A stretch of DNA of 64,000 nucleotides from Escherichia coli. GTDB taxonomy: Bacteria; Pseudomonadota; Gammaproteobacteria; Enterobacterales; Enterobacteriaceae. The notes beneath the pieces were generated by a model that did not search any database, was not told where the DNA came from, and saw only the letters and a program-made list of their open reading frames with translations. Each line of letters opens with the position of its first letter. Within the stretch, counting starts at the first letter, position 1. The stretch lies in NCBI RefSeq assembly GCF_024502345.1, contig NZ_JALDNN010000001.1. One strand, written 5' to 3'. Shown piece by piece: positions 44,294 to 62,410 of the stretch. A program made the translations under genes and the position numbers.

Positions 44294-44914
44294 GTGCTAG
44301 ACCGCCATCTTCATCCCCGGATTAAACCGTTGTTGCATCAGTGCGTGCGGGTTCTTGATAAACCGGGCATTACGCCAGATGGTTTAACATTAGTGGGATT
44401 TGCCATCGGCGTGCTGGCTCTGCCGTTTCTGGCTCTGGGCTGGTATCTGGCGGCGCTAGTCGTCATTTTGTTGAATCGTCTGCTTGATGGTCTGGATGGC
44501 GCACTGGCGCGGCGCAGAGGGCTTACCGACGCGGGCGGATTTCTCGATATTTCTCTCGATTTTCTCTTTTACGCGCTGGTGCCGTTTGGTTTTATTCTTG
44601 CTGCACCGGAGCAAAATGCGCTGGCAGGCGGCTGGCTGCTGTTTGCGTTTATCGGTACGGGCAGCAGTTTTCTCGCTTTTGCTGCGCTGGCGGCGAAACA
44701 TCAGATTGATAATCCCGGTTATGCGCATAAATCGTTTTATTATCTGGGGGGATTAACCGAAGGCACAGAAACGATCTTACTGTTTGTGCTGGGATGTTTA
44801 TTCCCTGCATGGTTTGCGTGGTTTGCGTGGATCTTCGGTGCGTTGTGCTGGATGACGACCTTTACGCGGGTGTGGAGTGGGTATCTGACGCTGAAGTCGT
44901 TCCAGCGTCAGTAA
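44294..44914 (+). CDS. ynjF: CDP-alcohol phosphatidyltransferase family membrane protein
   Basis: 206 aa from second GTG (AAGGAG 5 nt upstream); DG(x)2AR motif in LDGLDGALARRRG. Confidence 0.85.
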   Translation: MLDRHLHPRIKPLLHQCVRVLDKPGITPDGLTLVGFAIGVLALPFLALGWYLAALVVILLNRLLDGLDGALARRRGLTDAGGFLDISLDFLFYALVPFGFILAAPEQNALAGGWLLFAFIGTGSSFLAFAALAAKHQIDNPGYAHKSFYYLGGLTEGTETILLFVLGCLFPAWFAWFAWIFGALCWMTTFTRVWSGYLTLKSFQRQ

Positions 44915-44922
44915 TTGCAATG

Positions 44923-46230
44923 TTATTTGCTGCTGTCCGGGCCGCGTTCACCGGTTGCTACCGGATTTTTGGGATCGCTGCTCCATTCGTACCAGCCGCC
45001 GTCGTAAACGGAGACGTTATTCCAGCCCATTGCTCGTGCGTACATAAAGGTTTCGGACGCGCGCCAGCCGGTGCCGCAGTAGAATGAAACTTGCTGATCT
45101 GGTTTGATATTCCATGCTTTCCACATAGCGGTAATATCATCGGCGCTACGCATGGTGCCATCGGGGTTATGGAAATCTTCCATATGCGTCGAGTCGCTAC
45201 CAGCGTGTCCCCAACGTGCTCCGGCTATTTCACCTTTTGGTTTAATATAACTGTAACCGCTGGTCGTACCGATAAATTCTGGCCACGAACGAATGCTCAC
45301 CAGCGATGCATCCTGGCGATGCAGCAGTCCACGGGCCTGTTCCATATCGAGCATCAACTGCGGTTGCGCCGGGATCTTCACGCCGAAATCCGGTTCCGCT
45401 TTCACTTTCGGTGGCGTTCCGCGCTCAACAGGCAGTCCCGCGTCGGACCAGGTTTGCCAGCCGCCATCCAGCAGGCGCACATCTTTCACGCCAGCATAAA
45501 GCATAATCTGCGCCACACGCGCTGCAGCATATACGTCACGCCCGTACAGAATGACCGTGGTGTCATGGCGAATGCCGTGTTTTGCCAGCATCGCTTTTAG
45601 TTGTTCATCAGAAACTTTGTTCCACAGCGGTTCGCTTTCCACTTCGTTGGTATCGATGTAGTCAGCGCCAGGAATATGGCTGATAAGGTAAAGCTTAGGA
45701 GCGCCCCAGGCCGCTTCAATGACTTTCCAGTCTCCGGCAGGTTTCGCCGTAACCTCTTTACCTTGTTGCAGGTCGTGCAGCCATTGCGGATAAACCAGCT
45801 GCTCAAAGTGCGGCAGTTTTTGTAGACGGGAAGGTTCGCTTAGCGCGTCACTCAGAATGGAGATATGCGTAAAACCTGCTTTTTGCAGTCGCGTTTTGAC
45901 GGCGTCGACATCTTTGCCATTACCGTATAGCGCCACCGGGGCATCGGCTTTCAGGTTATGTTGCTTGATCCACGCGTTTAGCTGTTCGGTGCTCATTTTG
46001 TCAAGCCAGCTAGCAGAGAGGTTTAAGGCGGCAGGTTCATGACCAGAAGGGCCATTTAAGGTTTGTGGCCAGCCGTTATAAAACGCGCTGGGGCGAGTAT
46101 CTATCGCTTTGCCATTTTGTTGTTGAAGCTGGTCAAGTGTAAGAGGCTTCGCCAGTTCAGCGGCCCACGAAGAAGCGCAAGCCAGCCCTAAAGCCATTGC
46201 CAGCGCGGTCATTTGAGAAACACGTTTCAT
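44923..46230 (-). CDS. ynjE: periplasmic thiosulfate sulfurtransferase with three rhodanese domains
   Basis: 435 aa from MKRVSQMTALAMALGLACASSWAAE (signal peptide); active-site loop CGTGWR. Confidence 0.88.
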   Translation of the reverse strand: MKRVSQMTALAMALGLACASSWAAELAKPLTLDQLQQQNGKAIDTRPSAFYNGWPQTLNGPSGHEPAALNLSASWLDKMSTEQLNAWIKQHNLKADAPVALYGNGKDVDAVKTRLQKAGFTHISILSDALSEPSRLQKLPHFEQLVYPQWLHDLQQGKEVTAKPAGDWKVIEAAWGAPKLYLISHIPGADYIDTNEVESEPLWNKVSDEQLKAMLAKHGIRHDTTVILYGRDVYAAARVAQIMLYAGVKDVRLLDGGWQTWSDAGLPVERGTPPKVKAEPDFGVKIPAQPQLMLDMEQARGLLHRQDASLVSIRSWPEFIGTTSGYSYIKPKGEIAGARWGHAGSDSTHMEDFHNPDGTMRSADDITAMWKAWNIKPDQQVSFYCGTGWRASETFMYARAMGWNNVSVYDGGWYEWSSDPKNPVATGERGPDSSK

Positions 46231-46296
46231 CGAAAATCCCGACATTGTAGTTTTGAGTGCGCCATTCTGAACTGACGCATTGGGAAAAACTTTGCG

Positions 46297-46950
46297 TTAT
46301 CGCAGTTTGTTGTAATTTTCTGACCACTGAGCCATATCCAGAACAGAACTATCAGCAGGAACATCCTGGAGATCGTGCGTTACCTGAACGACGGGGAGCG
46401 CCAGTTCGCGAACTTCGCTGAACACCCACTGGCGAAAATTATCGCGCAGAGCCACATCAAGACGGCTGAATGGCTCATCCAGTAGCAACGCTTTTGGCTG
46501 AGCGAGAAGGGCGCGAAGCAGAGCAACGCGCGCTCGCTGACCGCCAGACAAAGTGGCAGGATCCTGATGGAAAGCTCCGTCAAGGCCTGAACGCTCAAGT
46601 GCATCATTCACGGCATTACGTCGGGCATTCCCCTTAAGTGTCGCCGGTAGCGCCAGCAGTAAATTTTGCCCGACACTGAACTGGTCAAATAACAGTACAT
46701 CCTGGAAAAGAATGCCAATATGACGCTGTGCGGTGGGTAGCATGTCAATCCGTTGCTCATTGAGCCATAGCTCACCTGTACAAGAAAACTGTCCAGCCAG
46801 TGCACCAATCATCCATGAAAACAGAGTGGATTTTCCACAGCCAGACGGACCCATTAACGTGACAATGTCACCTTTATCCACCGTAAAGTTAACGTTTGTC
46901 AGCAAGCGGCTTTCTGGTAAACGTAGCGAAACATTTTTCACGCAGAGCAT
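46297..46950 (-). CDS. ynjD: ABC transporter ATP-binding protein
   Basis: 217 aa from MLCVKNVSLRL...; Walker A GPSGCGKST; start overlaps ynjC stop by 1 nt. Confidence 0.85.
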   Translation of the reverse strand: MLCVKNVSLRLPESRLLTNVNFTVDKGDIVTLMGPSGCGKSTLFSWMIGALAGQFSCTGELWLNEQRIDMLPTAQRHIGILFQDVLLFDQFSVGQNLLLALPATLKGNARRNAVNDALERSGLDGAFHQDPATLSGGQRARVALLRALLAQPKALLLDEPFSRLDVALRDNFRQWVFSEVRELALPVVQVTHDLQDVPADSSVLDMAQWSENYNKLR

Positions 46951-48485
46951 TAGCGGAGTCCTTGTCTGACATAACCTACCCATTTTGCGACTAACGCGGT
47001 CAGGGCAAAAATAGTAAGCGGTAATAGCAGTTGCCATAAAGCCTGGGCGGCGAGAATACCGTTGCTGCCGCCGCTGCTTAATGCCACCGCCTCAGTGGTG
47101 AGCGTCGGAAAACGCCCCGCGCCCAGCCACAGCGTCGGCATATACTGCGCAATACTGACTGAAAATCCCACCGCGAAGGCAATCAGCGTAGGGCGTAGCA
47201 TAAGCGGACATTTCACGTAAAAGAAGATTTTGGCCCGCGACCAGCCCAGTGTTTGTGCAATCAAAATTAACCGTGAATCAATGCGCTGCCAGGCGGGTTG
47301 CAGGATAAACAGCATCCACGGCATTACCCACAGCAGATGCCCCCAGACCACCGCCGTCCAGCTTCCATCCATGTTCAGCCATAGCGCCAGCGTGTACTGG
47401 CCCGCCACCAGCTGCAGTGCCGGTAATAAAATGGGCAACCATAGCCACAACTGGCGACGCTGTGGCCCCCATTCCAGCCACAGCAGTAACAGGAGCCAAG
47501 CGATGAATGTCGCCACCAGCCCCATTGTCAGGCTGTTGATGAGCGCTTCACTATTGATCGTCGACTGATCCGCGAGGATCGCCAGCAGAACCACACACAG
47601 CACACCGGTCAAGGGTAAAAAACTCGCCAGCGTAATGCCTGGCAATAAAGGCGTGGCAGGCTTACGAACGCCATCTACGCGGGGAATAGTACGCCGCCAG
47701 GTACACCATAGCAGATAGCCCAGCAAAACGTAGGCGGCGAGTAACAACATCAGCAGCAGGCTGGCGAGTGCGCCTTTCGTTTGTTGATCGGCGTCGCCCT
47801 GAGTTAACCACTGCCAGCTAATTACTGCCAGCGTCGGTGGATTACCTGGCCCAAGAATAATCGCCACATCCACGACCGACAGCGACCAGGCAACAATCGC
47901 CAGCATCGCCATTGCCAGCGCAGGCGCGACGGAGGGCAACAGCAGCCAGTTCAGGCATTGCCAGCGGCTGTAGCCCAGCGAATCCAGCACGATGACTTGC
48001 TGTAAAAGCCGTTTTTCACTCAATACCGCTGCTAAGATCCACAGCAGAAATGCGCTTTCTTTCACCGCCAGCGTGAAGCCCAGCCCAATACCCAATTTGT
48101 CCATTGGCGGAGTGAAATACGGGAAATAGTCATAAAGCAGCCCTCCGTCAGCAAAGAGCAGAAGGGCGCTGGTGGCAAAAGCCACATGGGGAATGGCGAG
48201 CAGCCACGGCAGACGGGTGCACATACGCTGCCATTTCGGCCCAGGCCACAGCGCCACAATCACCAGCAGGGCAATCAACAACGCCCCGACCGCCGCGATG
48301 GTTGTCGACACCAGCGTTGCCAGTAATGCCTGCGGTAACTGTGGATCGGCAAATAACGCCTGCCAGTGTGTCAACGACAAAGCAGGCGATATCAGCGTGA
48401 GAGCTGCCGGGATCAGCGGTGCATAAATCACCGCCACCATCGCCCACAGCAAAAAGATTAATGCGTACCGTAACGGTGTAGCCAT
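46950..48485 (-). CDS. ynjC: ABC transporter permease (fused two-domain)
   Basis: 511 aa from MATPLRYALIFLLW... Confidence 0.85.
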   Translation of the reverse strand: MATPLRYALIFLLWAMVAVIYAPLIPAALTLISPALSLTHWQALFADPQLPQALLATLVSTTIAAVGALLIALLVIVALWPGPKWQRMCTRLPWLLAIPHVAFATSALLLFADGGLLYDYFPYFTPPMDKLGIGLGFTLAVKESAFLLWILAAVLSEKRLLQQVIVLDSLGYSRWQCLNWLLLPSVAPALAMAMLAIVAWSLSVVDVAIILGPGNPPTLAVISWQWLTQGDADQQTKGALASLLLMLLLAAYVLLGYLLWCTWRRTIPRVDGVRKPATPLLPGITLASFLPLTGVLCVVLLAILADQSTINSEALINSLTMGLVATFIAWLLLLLWLEWGPQRRQLWLWLPILLPALQLVAGQYTLALWLNMDGSWTAVVWGHLLWVMPWMLFILQPAWQRIDSRLILIAQTLGWSRAKIFFYVKCPLMLRPTLIAFAVGFSVSIAQYMPTLWLGAGRFPTLTTEAVALSSGGSNGILAAQALWQLLLPLTIFALTALVAKWVGYVRQGLR

Positions 48486-49624
48486 TCTTGTTCCAGCGCA
48501 TTTACCCAACCTGCGTGCGGTTCAGCCAGTACCGGCGGCAGATCTTGCGGCATTCTTGATTGCAATGTTTCGCGCTGCCCATCAGGCAGTTTTTGCGGAT
48601 CGAGAACAGAAGGATCGCCCCAGACAGCGGGATCTGCTTTACGCAATTGCGCATCGGGTGAGAGCAAGAAATTGGCAACTACCTTCGCCGCAGCACTGGC
48701 ATTCGCGTTGGCAGGAATGGTGACGAAATGCACGTTGCCAATCGTCCCCTCGCGAAAGCCAAAACTGTAACTGCTTGCAGGCAAATCGCCGCTGGCGATT
48801 TTTTGCTGCGCATGCGCGGGGTTAAAGGTCAGCGACAGGCGCAATGTGCCGGCTTTCAGCAGAGCATCCATCCGCGCGGGCGAAGGCGGGAAATCCTTTC
48901 CTTCGCGCCACAAATACGGATGCAGCGCATCAAGATATTGCCACAAGGGAGCAGTGACGCGGGCGAAAGTCGCATCGTCCGGCGCTTCTTTTAATGCGGC
49001 GGGATCGGCCGTCAGCATAATCAGCAACTGTTCAAGAAACGCCGTGCCGGTAAAGTCCGGTGGGCGCGGATAGGTAACCGTGCCGGGATTGGCTTTAGCA
49101 AACTCCAGTAAGGCTTGCGGCGTTTGTGGTGGCTGTGGCGTAACATCGCGGCGGGCGATAAATGTCAGTTGTGCGCCCCCCCAGGGCGATTCAGCCCCTT
49201 CTGTAGGCACTGAAAAATCTTCCCGCACCGGCAGCTGTGTGTCGACATAGCGCCAGTTGGGCAGAGTCTCTGCCCAGTCGGTTTGCAGTAAATTGGCCTC
49301 TTTTAAGGTGCGGAAGTTTTCGCCGTTCACCCAGAGTAGATCCACCGAGCCGCCCGTTTTACGTCCGGCTGCGGCTTCGGTCTGAATGCGCTTCACCGCG
49401 TCTGCGGCATCCGCCAGACGGACAATCTTCAGGTTTATAGCGTAATGGGTTTTCATCTCGCCGCTCACCCAGTCGAGATAGCGGTTAATTGCGGTATCGC
49501 CGCCCCAGGCGTTAAACCAGACGGTTTGCCCTTTGGCCTCATTTTTAATTTCTTGCCAGTCACTGGCATATGTTGCCAGAGAAAACAGCGATAACAATCC
49601 CAGCAACCACCCACAATGGCGCAT
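48458..49624 (-). CDS. ynjB: ABC transporter periplasmic substrate-binding protein
   Basis: 388 aa, signal peptide. Confidence 0.85.
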   Translation of the reverse strand: MRHCGWLLGLLSLFSLATYASDWQEIKNEAKGQTVWFNAWGGDTAINRYLDWVSGEMKTHYAINLKIVRLADAADAVKRIQTEAAAGRKTGGSVDLLWVNGENFRTLKEANLLQTDWAETLPNWRYVDTQLPVREDFSVPTEGAESPWGGAQLTFIARRDVTPQPPQTPQALLEFAKANPGTVTYPRPPDFTGTAFLEQLLIMLTADPAALKEAPDDATFARVTAPLWQYLDALHPYLWREGKDFPPSPARMDALLKAGTLRLSLTFNPAHAQQKIASGDLPASSYSFGFREGTIGNVHFVTIPANANASAAAKVVANFLLSPDAQLRKADPAVWGDPSVLDPQKLPDGQRETLQSRMPQDLPPVLAEPHAGWVNALEQEWLHRYGTH

Positions 49625-49633
49625 CATCTCTCC

Positions 49634-50182
49634 TTAAGAACGTTTTTCCGGAATACGGCACAGTCCCTGAGCGGGAATGTCCATGGCAGAATTAAAACGA
49701 GCCGACAGGTTTTGCAGGCCGATCAATGCCGTCAGTTCGGTGAGCGCCTGAGCGTCAAAATGCGCAGCCAGTCGGGTACGCAGGGCATCATCGACCGTTG
49801 GCGGCGTTACGCTTGCGGCTTCGGCGTACTCCAGCGCCAGCCGTTCTTCATCGCTAAAGAGCGGGCTTTGCCGCCAGTCAGCCACTGCCAGCAGTTTATC
49901 GCTGCTGCCGGTGCGCTCGGCGACTTTCATACTGGTGATATCCACACAAAACTCACACAGGCACATTTGCGCAATGCGCGCGCTGACAAGCGATCGTACT
50001 ACCGGATCGAGCGGTGAGCGTTTGCGCTCCAGCCAGCCAACAAACATCGACACCAGATAAAAGATAAACGGGATCCGCCCCCACCAGCGAATGGGGCTTA
50101 GCACCTCGCCGTAATGGCGACGATGCAGCCACGCCTGCGGACGTAAAATGAAAGGAATTTTGCTAAGCGGCGGTAAACCCAT
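49634..50182 (-). CDS. ynjA: carboxymuconolactone decarboxylase / AhpD-like family protein
   Basis: 182-aa ORF; start overlaps ydjZ stop by 1 nt. Confidence 0.85.
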   Translation of the reverse strand: MGLPPLSKIPFILRPQAWLHRRHYGEVLSPIRWWGRIPFIFYLVSMFVGWLERKRSPLDPVVRSLVSARIAQMCLCEFCVDITSMKVAERTGSSDKLLAVADWRQSPLFSDEERLALEYAEAASVTPPTVDDALRTRLAAHFDAQALTELTALIGLQNLSARFNSAMDIPAQGLCRIPEKRS

Positions 50183-50889
50183 CAGGCATTCCTCTTCTGG
50201 CGCTCAAGCCATATTTTCTTCGCCATAAAAATCACCACGGTCAGGGCAAACAGAATAAACAGTCCGGTGACAAACCAGAAGGTACCGCCTGTTAACATGC
50301 TGCCCGCCCAGGAATAAACAATAGTCGCCGGTAACTGACCAAGCCCGGTGGCGATAAAAAACGAGCGAAAACGTATTGAAGTCAAACCGGCAGCATAGCT
50401 GATTGGATCGAAAGGGACAAAAGGCAATAACCGACAGACCAGGATGGTGTGTTTGCCGTAGCGAGTGAAAAAGCCGTCCATACTGTCAAGTACGGTTTTG
50501 CCGGTTAATTTTTCCACCACTTCGCGGCCCATCACTCTGGCGATAAAAAAGCACAGTGCCGCGCCGGCCATCGAACTGGTCCACGACAGCAAGCCGCCCC
50601 AGAACGCGCCAAACAGCGACGCATTGGCAAAGGTGATCAAAAACGCAGGTAGCGGTGCAGCAATGGCCTGTAAAATCATCAACAAGAACGAGACAACTGC
50701 CGCCAGTGCGCCGTAAGACTGAATAAAGCGTTCTATACCCTGTTGGTCCACGGCGGCAAACGCCGCAACGCTGCGATTGATAAACTCATGGACGCCGGGA
50801 AGCAGCGCCCATGCCAGCAGCATAGCGAACAACAGGATGATGAGGGTTATACGGTAGTACCAGATTTTACGCGATTGCATCTTCATCAT
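50182..50889 (-). CDS. ydjZ: TVP38/TMEM64 (DedA-related) inner membrane protein
   Basis: 235-aa ORF. Confidence 0.85.
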   Translation of the reverse strand: MMKMQSRKIWYYRITLIILLFAMLLAWALLPGVHEFINRSVAAFAAVDQQGIERFIQSYGALAAVVSFLLMILQAIAAPLPAFLITFANASLFGAFWGGLLSWTSSMAGAALCFFIARVMGREVVEKLTGKTVLDSMDGFFTRYGKHTILVCRLLPFVPFDPISYAAGLTSIRFRSFFIATGLGQLPATIVYSWAGSMLTGGTFWFVTGLFILFALTVVIFMAKKIWLERQKRNA

Positions 50890-50903
50890 CCTTTATCCTG
50901 GCT

Positions 50904-51581
50904 TTATTCGGTGATTTTAAAGGTAACCGTTGCCAGCGTGTTATCCGCCGGGAGAACCGAGGCATTGCCTTTGAATTTAACTTCACCTCGTTTTTCAACC
51001 GCACCATAAGTGTATGTTGCATTGCTGACGATGCCGACCGGGCAGCTATCCAGACACACCAGGCAACCCGTTTTCTTCTCTTCTGCTGCCGTTAAATTAC
51101 CGCCAAAGCGCATGTCCAGTTTCTTGCCATTACTGTCAACAATCACTTCATCGAAGGAATACGTTTTTGCCGCCCCTTGCCAGTTGACCGAAATATCCAG
51201 TTTGCTGCCCGTGACATGAGTCGTTTCTTTATTATCCATCGTCATGTTTTCGCCCGGCGTACCACCTGCCTCTTTCAGGGCTTCATAAAATGCTTTCGGG
51301 GTCGCATAACCCATAAACAGCGATTTATGTCCGTTGGAGCCATCTTTAAACACAATACCGTGACGAGTGTCGTCGGTGAGGAAACGACCATTAATTTGCA
51401 CCAGCATGGTTACCGTATGGTTATTGGCATCGACGCGCAGCGGTTGGCTGTTCGAAAGTCCGTCGTATTCCACTTTTGCCGCCGTATTCTCTTTTTGATC
51501 GCAGCCGCTAAGCCCAGCAACAGCCAGTAAGCAGAGTGCAGTCAGTCCTTTTTTCCATGACACTGAATAATGTTGCAACAT
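50904..51581 (-). CDS. ydjY: putative lipoprotein with C-terminal Cys cluster
   Basis: 225 aa from MLQHYSVSWKKG... (AAGGA upstream); lipobox LSGC. Confidence 0.8.
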   Translation of the reverse strand: MLQHYSVSWKKGLTALCLLAVAGLSGCDQKENTAAKVEYDGLSNSQPLRVDANNHTVTMLVQINGRFLTDDTRHGIVFKDGSNGHKSLFMGYATPKAFYEALKEAGGTPGENMTMDNKETTHVTGSKLDISVNWQGAAKTYSFDEVIVDSNGKKLDMRFGGNLTAAEEKKTGCLVCLDSCPVGIVSNATYTYGAVEKRGEVKFKGNASVLPADNTLATVTFKITE

Positions 51582-51585
51582 CGTT

Positions 51586-52295
51586 CTATCCTTCATTTTT
51601 TGGGTGAGTAAGTGGGTTGCGGCGCGAAGCAGACAGATCCACATGTTTGTGTCGGGCGTAGAGTTTGGCGAGCTGGACGAGAATAAACAGCGCCAGGCCC
51701 GCCAGACAGAGTTGTAAAATAAAGCGCAGCGTAATGCCTTCATTGGCGAGATCGCTTGCCATCACGGTATAAATAACAATACCGGGCAGGGTCGTGAGTG
51801 CCGAAATAAGGGTATAAGGCCAGAAGGCGATTGTGGTTAATCCGTAAGCGTAATTTTGAATATTGTAAGGAAACAACGGGATTAAGCGGGTCAGAATAAG
51901 AAAATCAATACCGTTACGCGCGATGCCTTTTTCAATGGCCTGGAAGGTATGGCTATGGCCAACGTATTTCAGCAGTAAATCACGTCCCAGCCAGCGCGCC
52001 AGCAGGAATGAGCACGAGGAGGCCAGCGTGGCGGCAATTAATGAGAGTAGTGTTCCTAAGAGCGGCCAAAAACTATTCCTCCAGCGATCACCAGTATGCT
52101 TCCTGGTAACAGAAAGAGGGTGGCAATGATGAATAACAGAATATAGAGGCTATAACCGAACAATCCGCTCTGGCGGATGAGTGTCTGTAAGTGGGGTAAA
52201 TCGGTGAGCAGATCGAATAAACCGAAAGCGTGGATAGCGTAAATGACCAGCGCAAAAATAAGACAGGCAAAAAGAAATTTACGCTCAGCGTTCAT
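51586..52295 (-). pseudogene. ydjX: TVP38/TMEM64 family membrane protein gene with -1 frameshift
   Basis: N-terminal frame (MNAERKFLFA...GGIVFGRS*) stops at 52056; C-terminal frame continues PLLGTLLSLIAATLASS... to 51586; locus is 710 nt, one short of a multiple of 3. Confidence 0.75.
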
Positions 52296-52461
52296 CGTGG
52301 AGTTTCCTATATCAAACTTGATAATAGAGAAGTGGTCAGACAACTAAAAACGCAGAGACGGTATAACAAAGGACGGCAGGCAACAAATCATTACTGACAG
52401 TTTGTTGATTTTTCTCAAGGTTAATTCTCCTGACCCAGTTTGAGCCAGGAGAGCTGTTAAA

Positions 52462-53268
52462 TTAGCGGCGGAAGGTCGCCCAGACGGGGGCGTGATCGGA
52501 CGGTTTTTCCATGCTGCGGATTTCATAGTCGATGCCGGTTTCTACGCAACATTCTGCCAGCGGTTGGCTGGCGAGCAGCAGGTCGATGCGCAGACCACGG
52601 TTATCGTCAAAACCTTTTGAGCGGTAATCAAACCATGAGAAACGATCTGCTGTTTGCGGATTCGCATGGCGGAAGGTATCGACCAACCCCCAGCTCATCA
52701 GCCTGTCCATCCATTCGCGCTCTTCCGGCAGGAAAGAGCATTTACCGGTACGCAGCCAGCGCTTACGGTTTTCTTCGCCAATGCCAATATCCAGGTCGCC
52801 AGGACTGATATTCATATCGCCCATAATCAGCACCGGATTTTCACGCTTGAGTTCGGTTTCCAGGTAGTTTTGCAGATTCTGATAAAACTGCGCTTTTGCC
52901 GGGAATTTTATCGGATGGTCGCGGCTTTCACCCTGCGGGAAGTAACCGTTGATCACGGTGACATTGCCCAGCGGCGAGGGGATTTCCGCCATAATAATCC
53001 GCCGCTGCGCCTCTTCGTCGTCACCGGGAAAGCCGCGACGCACGGCAATCGGCGTCTCTTTGGTCAGCAGCGCCACGCCATAATGGCCTTTCTGCCCGTG
53101 ATAAAACACGTTGTAGCCGAGCTTCGCCACCTCTTCGAGCGGAAACATATCGTCATGAACTTTTGTCTCCTGCAGGCCAATCACATCCGGTTGGTGCTTT
53201 TCGACGATGGCTTTAAGCTGGTGGGGCCTGGCGCGCAGGCCGTTGATATTAAAAGAGACAAATTTCAT
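52462..53268 (-). CDS. xthA: exodeoxyribonuclease III
   Basis: 268 aa from [18 protein letters not shown]... Confidence 0.95.
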   Translation of the reverse strand: MKFVSFNINGLRARPHQLKAIVEKHQPDVIGLQETKVHDDMFPLEEVAKLGYNVFYHGQKGHYGVALLTKETPIAVRRGFPGDDEEAQRRIIMAEIPSPLGNVTVINGYFPQGESRDHPIKFPAKAQFYQNLQNYLETELKRENPVLIMGDMNISPGDLDIGIGEENRKRWLRTGKCSFLPEEREWMDRLMSWGLVDTFRHANPQTADRFSWFDYRSKGFDDNRGLRIDLLLASQPLAECCVETGIDYEIRSMEKPSDHAPVWATFRR

Positions 53269-53625
53269 AGTCGCTGCCATTTATTCAGATAAAGAGTGCG
53301 TGGATGGTAGCAGAATTTCGCTTTGCTTACCGCCTGTTGTTAAGTGATTTGATCGATGGTTGTTAATGATGTCAACGATGGCGCAAAAAATGCCCGCTTT
53401 TGGTGCGAGCTGCGTCAGAATGGCGCAGTAATTTCCAGTAAATTTCGTCAATGATCACAATTCCAGAATTATATTTTACTTCTGCATAACATTGCGTTTT
53501 TTATTCTTTTTATTCACTCACATCGCAAACGTATTCACTTAATATGCACTTTAAATGTATATGGTTTGGTTATAACTCCTTGATTTCCAGTTAGCCTCCG
53601 CGGTTTATGCACTTTCATCACTGGC

Positions 53626-53641
53626 TGGCACGAACCCTGCA
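53626..53641 (+). promoter_or_regulatory. sigma54 (-24/-12) promoter of astCADBE
   Basis: TGGCACGAACCCTGCA (GG-N10-GC), about 70 bp upstream of astC ATG. Confidence 0.6.
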
Positions 53642-53677
53642 ATCTACATTTACAGCGCAAACATTACTTATAGTTAA

Positions 53678-59741
<6,064 letters not shown>

Positions 59742-59746
59742 TACTT

Positions 59747-59770
59747 ACCCGCAGAAATCATTCTGCGGGT
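59747..59770 (+). terminator. stem-loop after astE
   Basis: acccgcagaa atca ttctgcgggt. Confidence 0.5.
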
Positions 59771-60070
59771 ATTAAGTTGCTTTCTTATAAATTAATACAG
59801 ATTAATCCTGGTTATTTGCTTTATTTATCACCAGTCATCCGGTATAGTTCTTCATAATCTCTGCAAAATCATCGTGTTGTAATATTCGCTCATCACTCTC
59901 CATCAAATTTTCTTTTTTTCTCCATAATTGGCGCAAAAGTGTTTTTTACACTTTCATTGTTTTACCGTTGCTCTGATTAATTGACGCTAAAGTCAGTAAA
60001 GTTAATCTCGTCAACACGGCACGCTACTTAAGAAAGCCGTAATAAATAACTGAAAGGAAGGATATAGAAT

Positions 60071-60556
60071 ATGCGTAAATTAACTGCACTGTTTGTTGCC
60101 TCTACCCTGGCTCTTGGCGCGGCTAACCTGGCCCATGCCGCAGACACCACTACCGCAGCACCGGCTGACGCGAAGCCGATGATGCACCACAAAGGCAAGT
60201 TCGGTCCGCATCAGGACATGATGTTCAAAGACCTGAACCTGACCGACGCGCAGAAACAGCAGATCCGCGAAATCATGAAAGGCCAGCGTGACCAGATGAA
60301 ACGTCCGCCGCTGGAAGAACGCCGCGCAATGCATGACATCATTGCCAGCGATACCTTCGATAAAGCAAAAGCTGAAGCGCAGATCGCAAAAATGGAAGAA
60401 CAGCGCAAAGCTAACATGCTGGCGCACATGGAAACCCAGAACAAAATTTACAACATCCTGACGCCGGAACAGAAAAAGCAATTTAATGCTAATTTTGAGA
60501 AGCGTCTGACAGAACGTCCAGCGGCAAAAGGTAAAATGCCTGCAACTGCTGAATAA
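60071..60556 (+). CDS. spy: periplasmic ATP-independent chaperone
   Basis: 161-aa ORF, signal peptide. Confidence 0.95.
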   Translation: MRKLTALFVASTLALGAANLAHAADTTTAAPADAKPMMHHKGKFGPHQDMMFKDLNLTDAQKQQIREIMKGQRDQMKRPPLEERRAMHDIIASDTFDKAKAEAQIAKMEEQRKANMLAHMETQNKIYNILTPEQKKQFNANFEKRLTERPAAKGKMPATAE

Positions 60557-60578
60557 TCTTTCAGCCAAAAAACTTAAG

Positions 60579-60640
60579 ACCGCCGGTCTTGTCCACTACC
60601 TTGCAGTAATGCGGTGGACAGGATCGGCGGTTTTCTTTTC
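60579..60640 (+). terminator. long hairpin terminator after spy
   Basis: accgccggtcttgtccac ... gtggacaggatcggcggt followed by TTTTCTTTTC. Confidence 0.7.
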
Positions 60641-60680
60641 TCTTCTCAAACAGTTGTAAAAAAAGCCTGATCACCACTAA

Positions 60681-62181
<1,501 letters not shown>

Positions 62182-62331
62182 TGTTGACTCCGAATGCTGG
62201 TTATCTATCCAGTGTAACAGGCGGGAAGCGATTAAAAAAGAGGCGGGTTGATGACAAAGGTTACACCGTCTGACGTGCTACGCCTGTCAGGCCTATTCGA
62301 CTCCTGCAATGCATTGAATTTGCATAGTTTT

Positions 62332-62366
62332 GTAGGTCGAATAAGGCGTTCACGCCGCATCCGGCG
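62332..62366. repeat. REP element between cho and nadE
   Basis: gtaggtcgaataaggcgttcacgccgcatccggcg. Confidence 0.6.
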
Positions 62367-62410
62367 TGAACAAATTACTCTTTTTCGCACAATCCAATAG
62401 GTGCAAATTA

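Noticed and set aside
52654-53292. 212-aa + strand ORF inside xthA
   Set aside because: Antisense artefact of xthA.
60080-60568. 162-aa reverse-strand ORF mirroring spy
   Set aside because: Antisense artefact; spy on + strand has signal peptide and good RBS.
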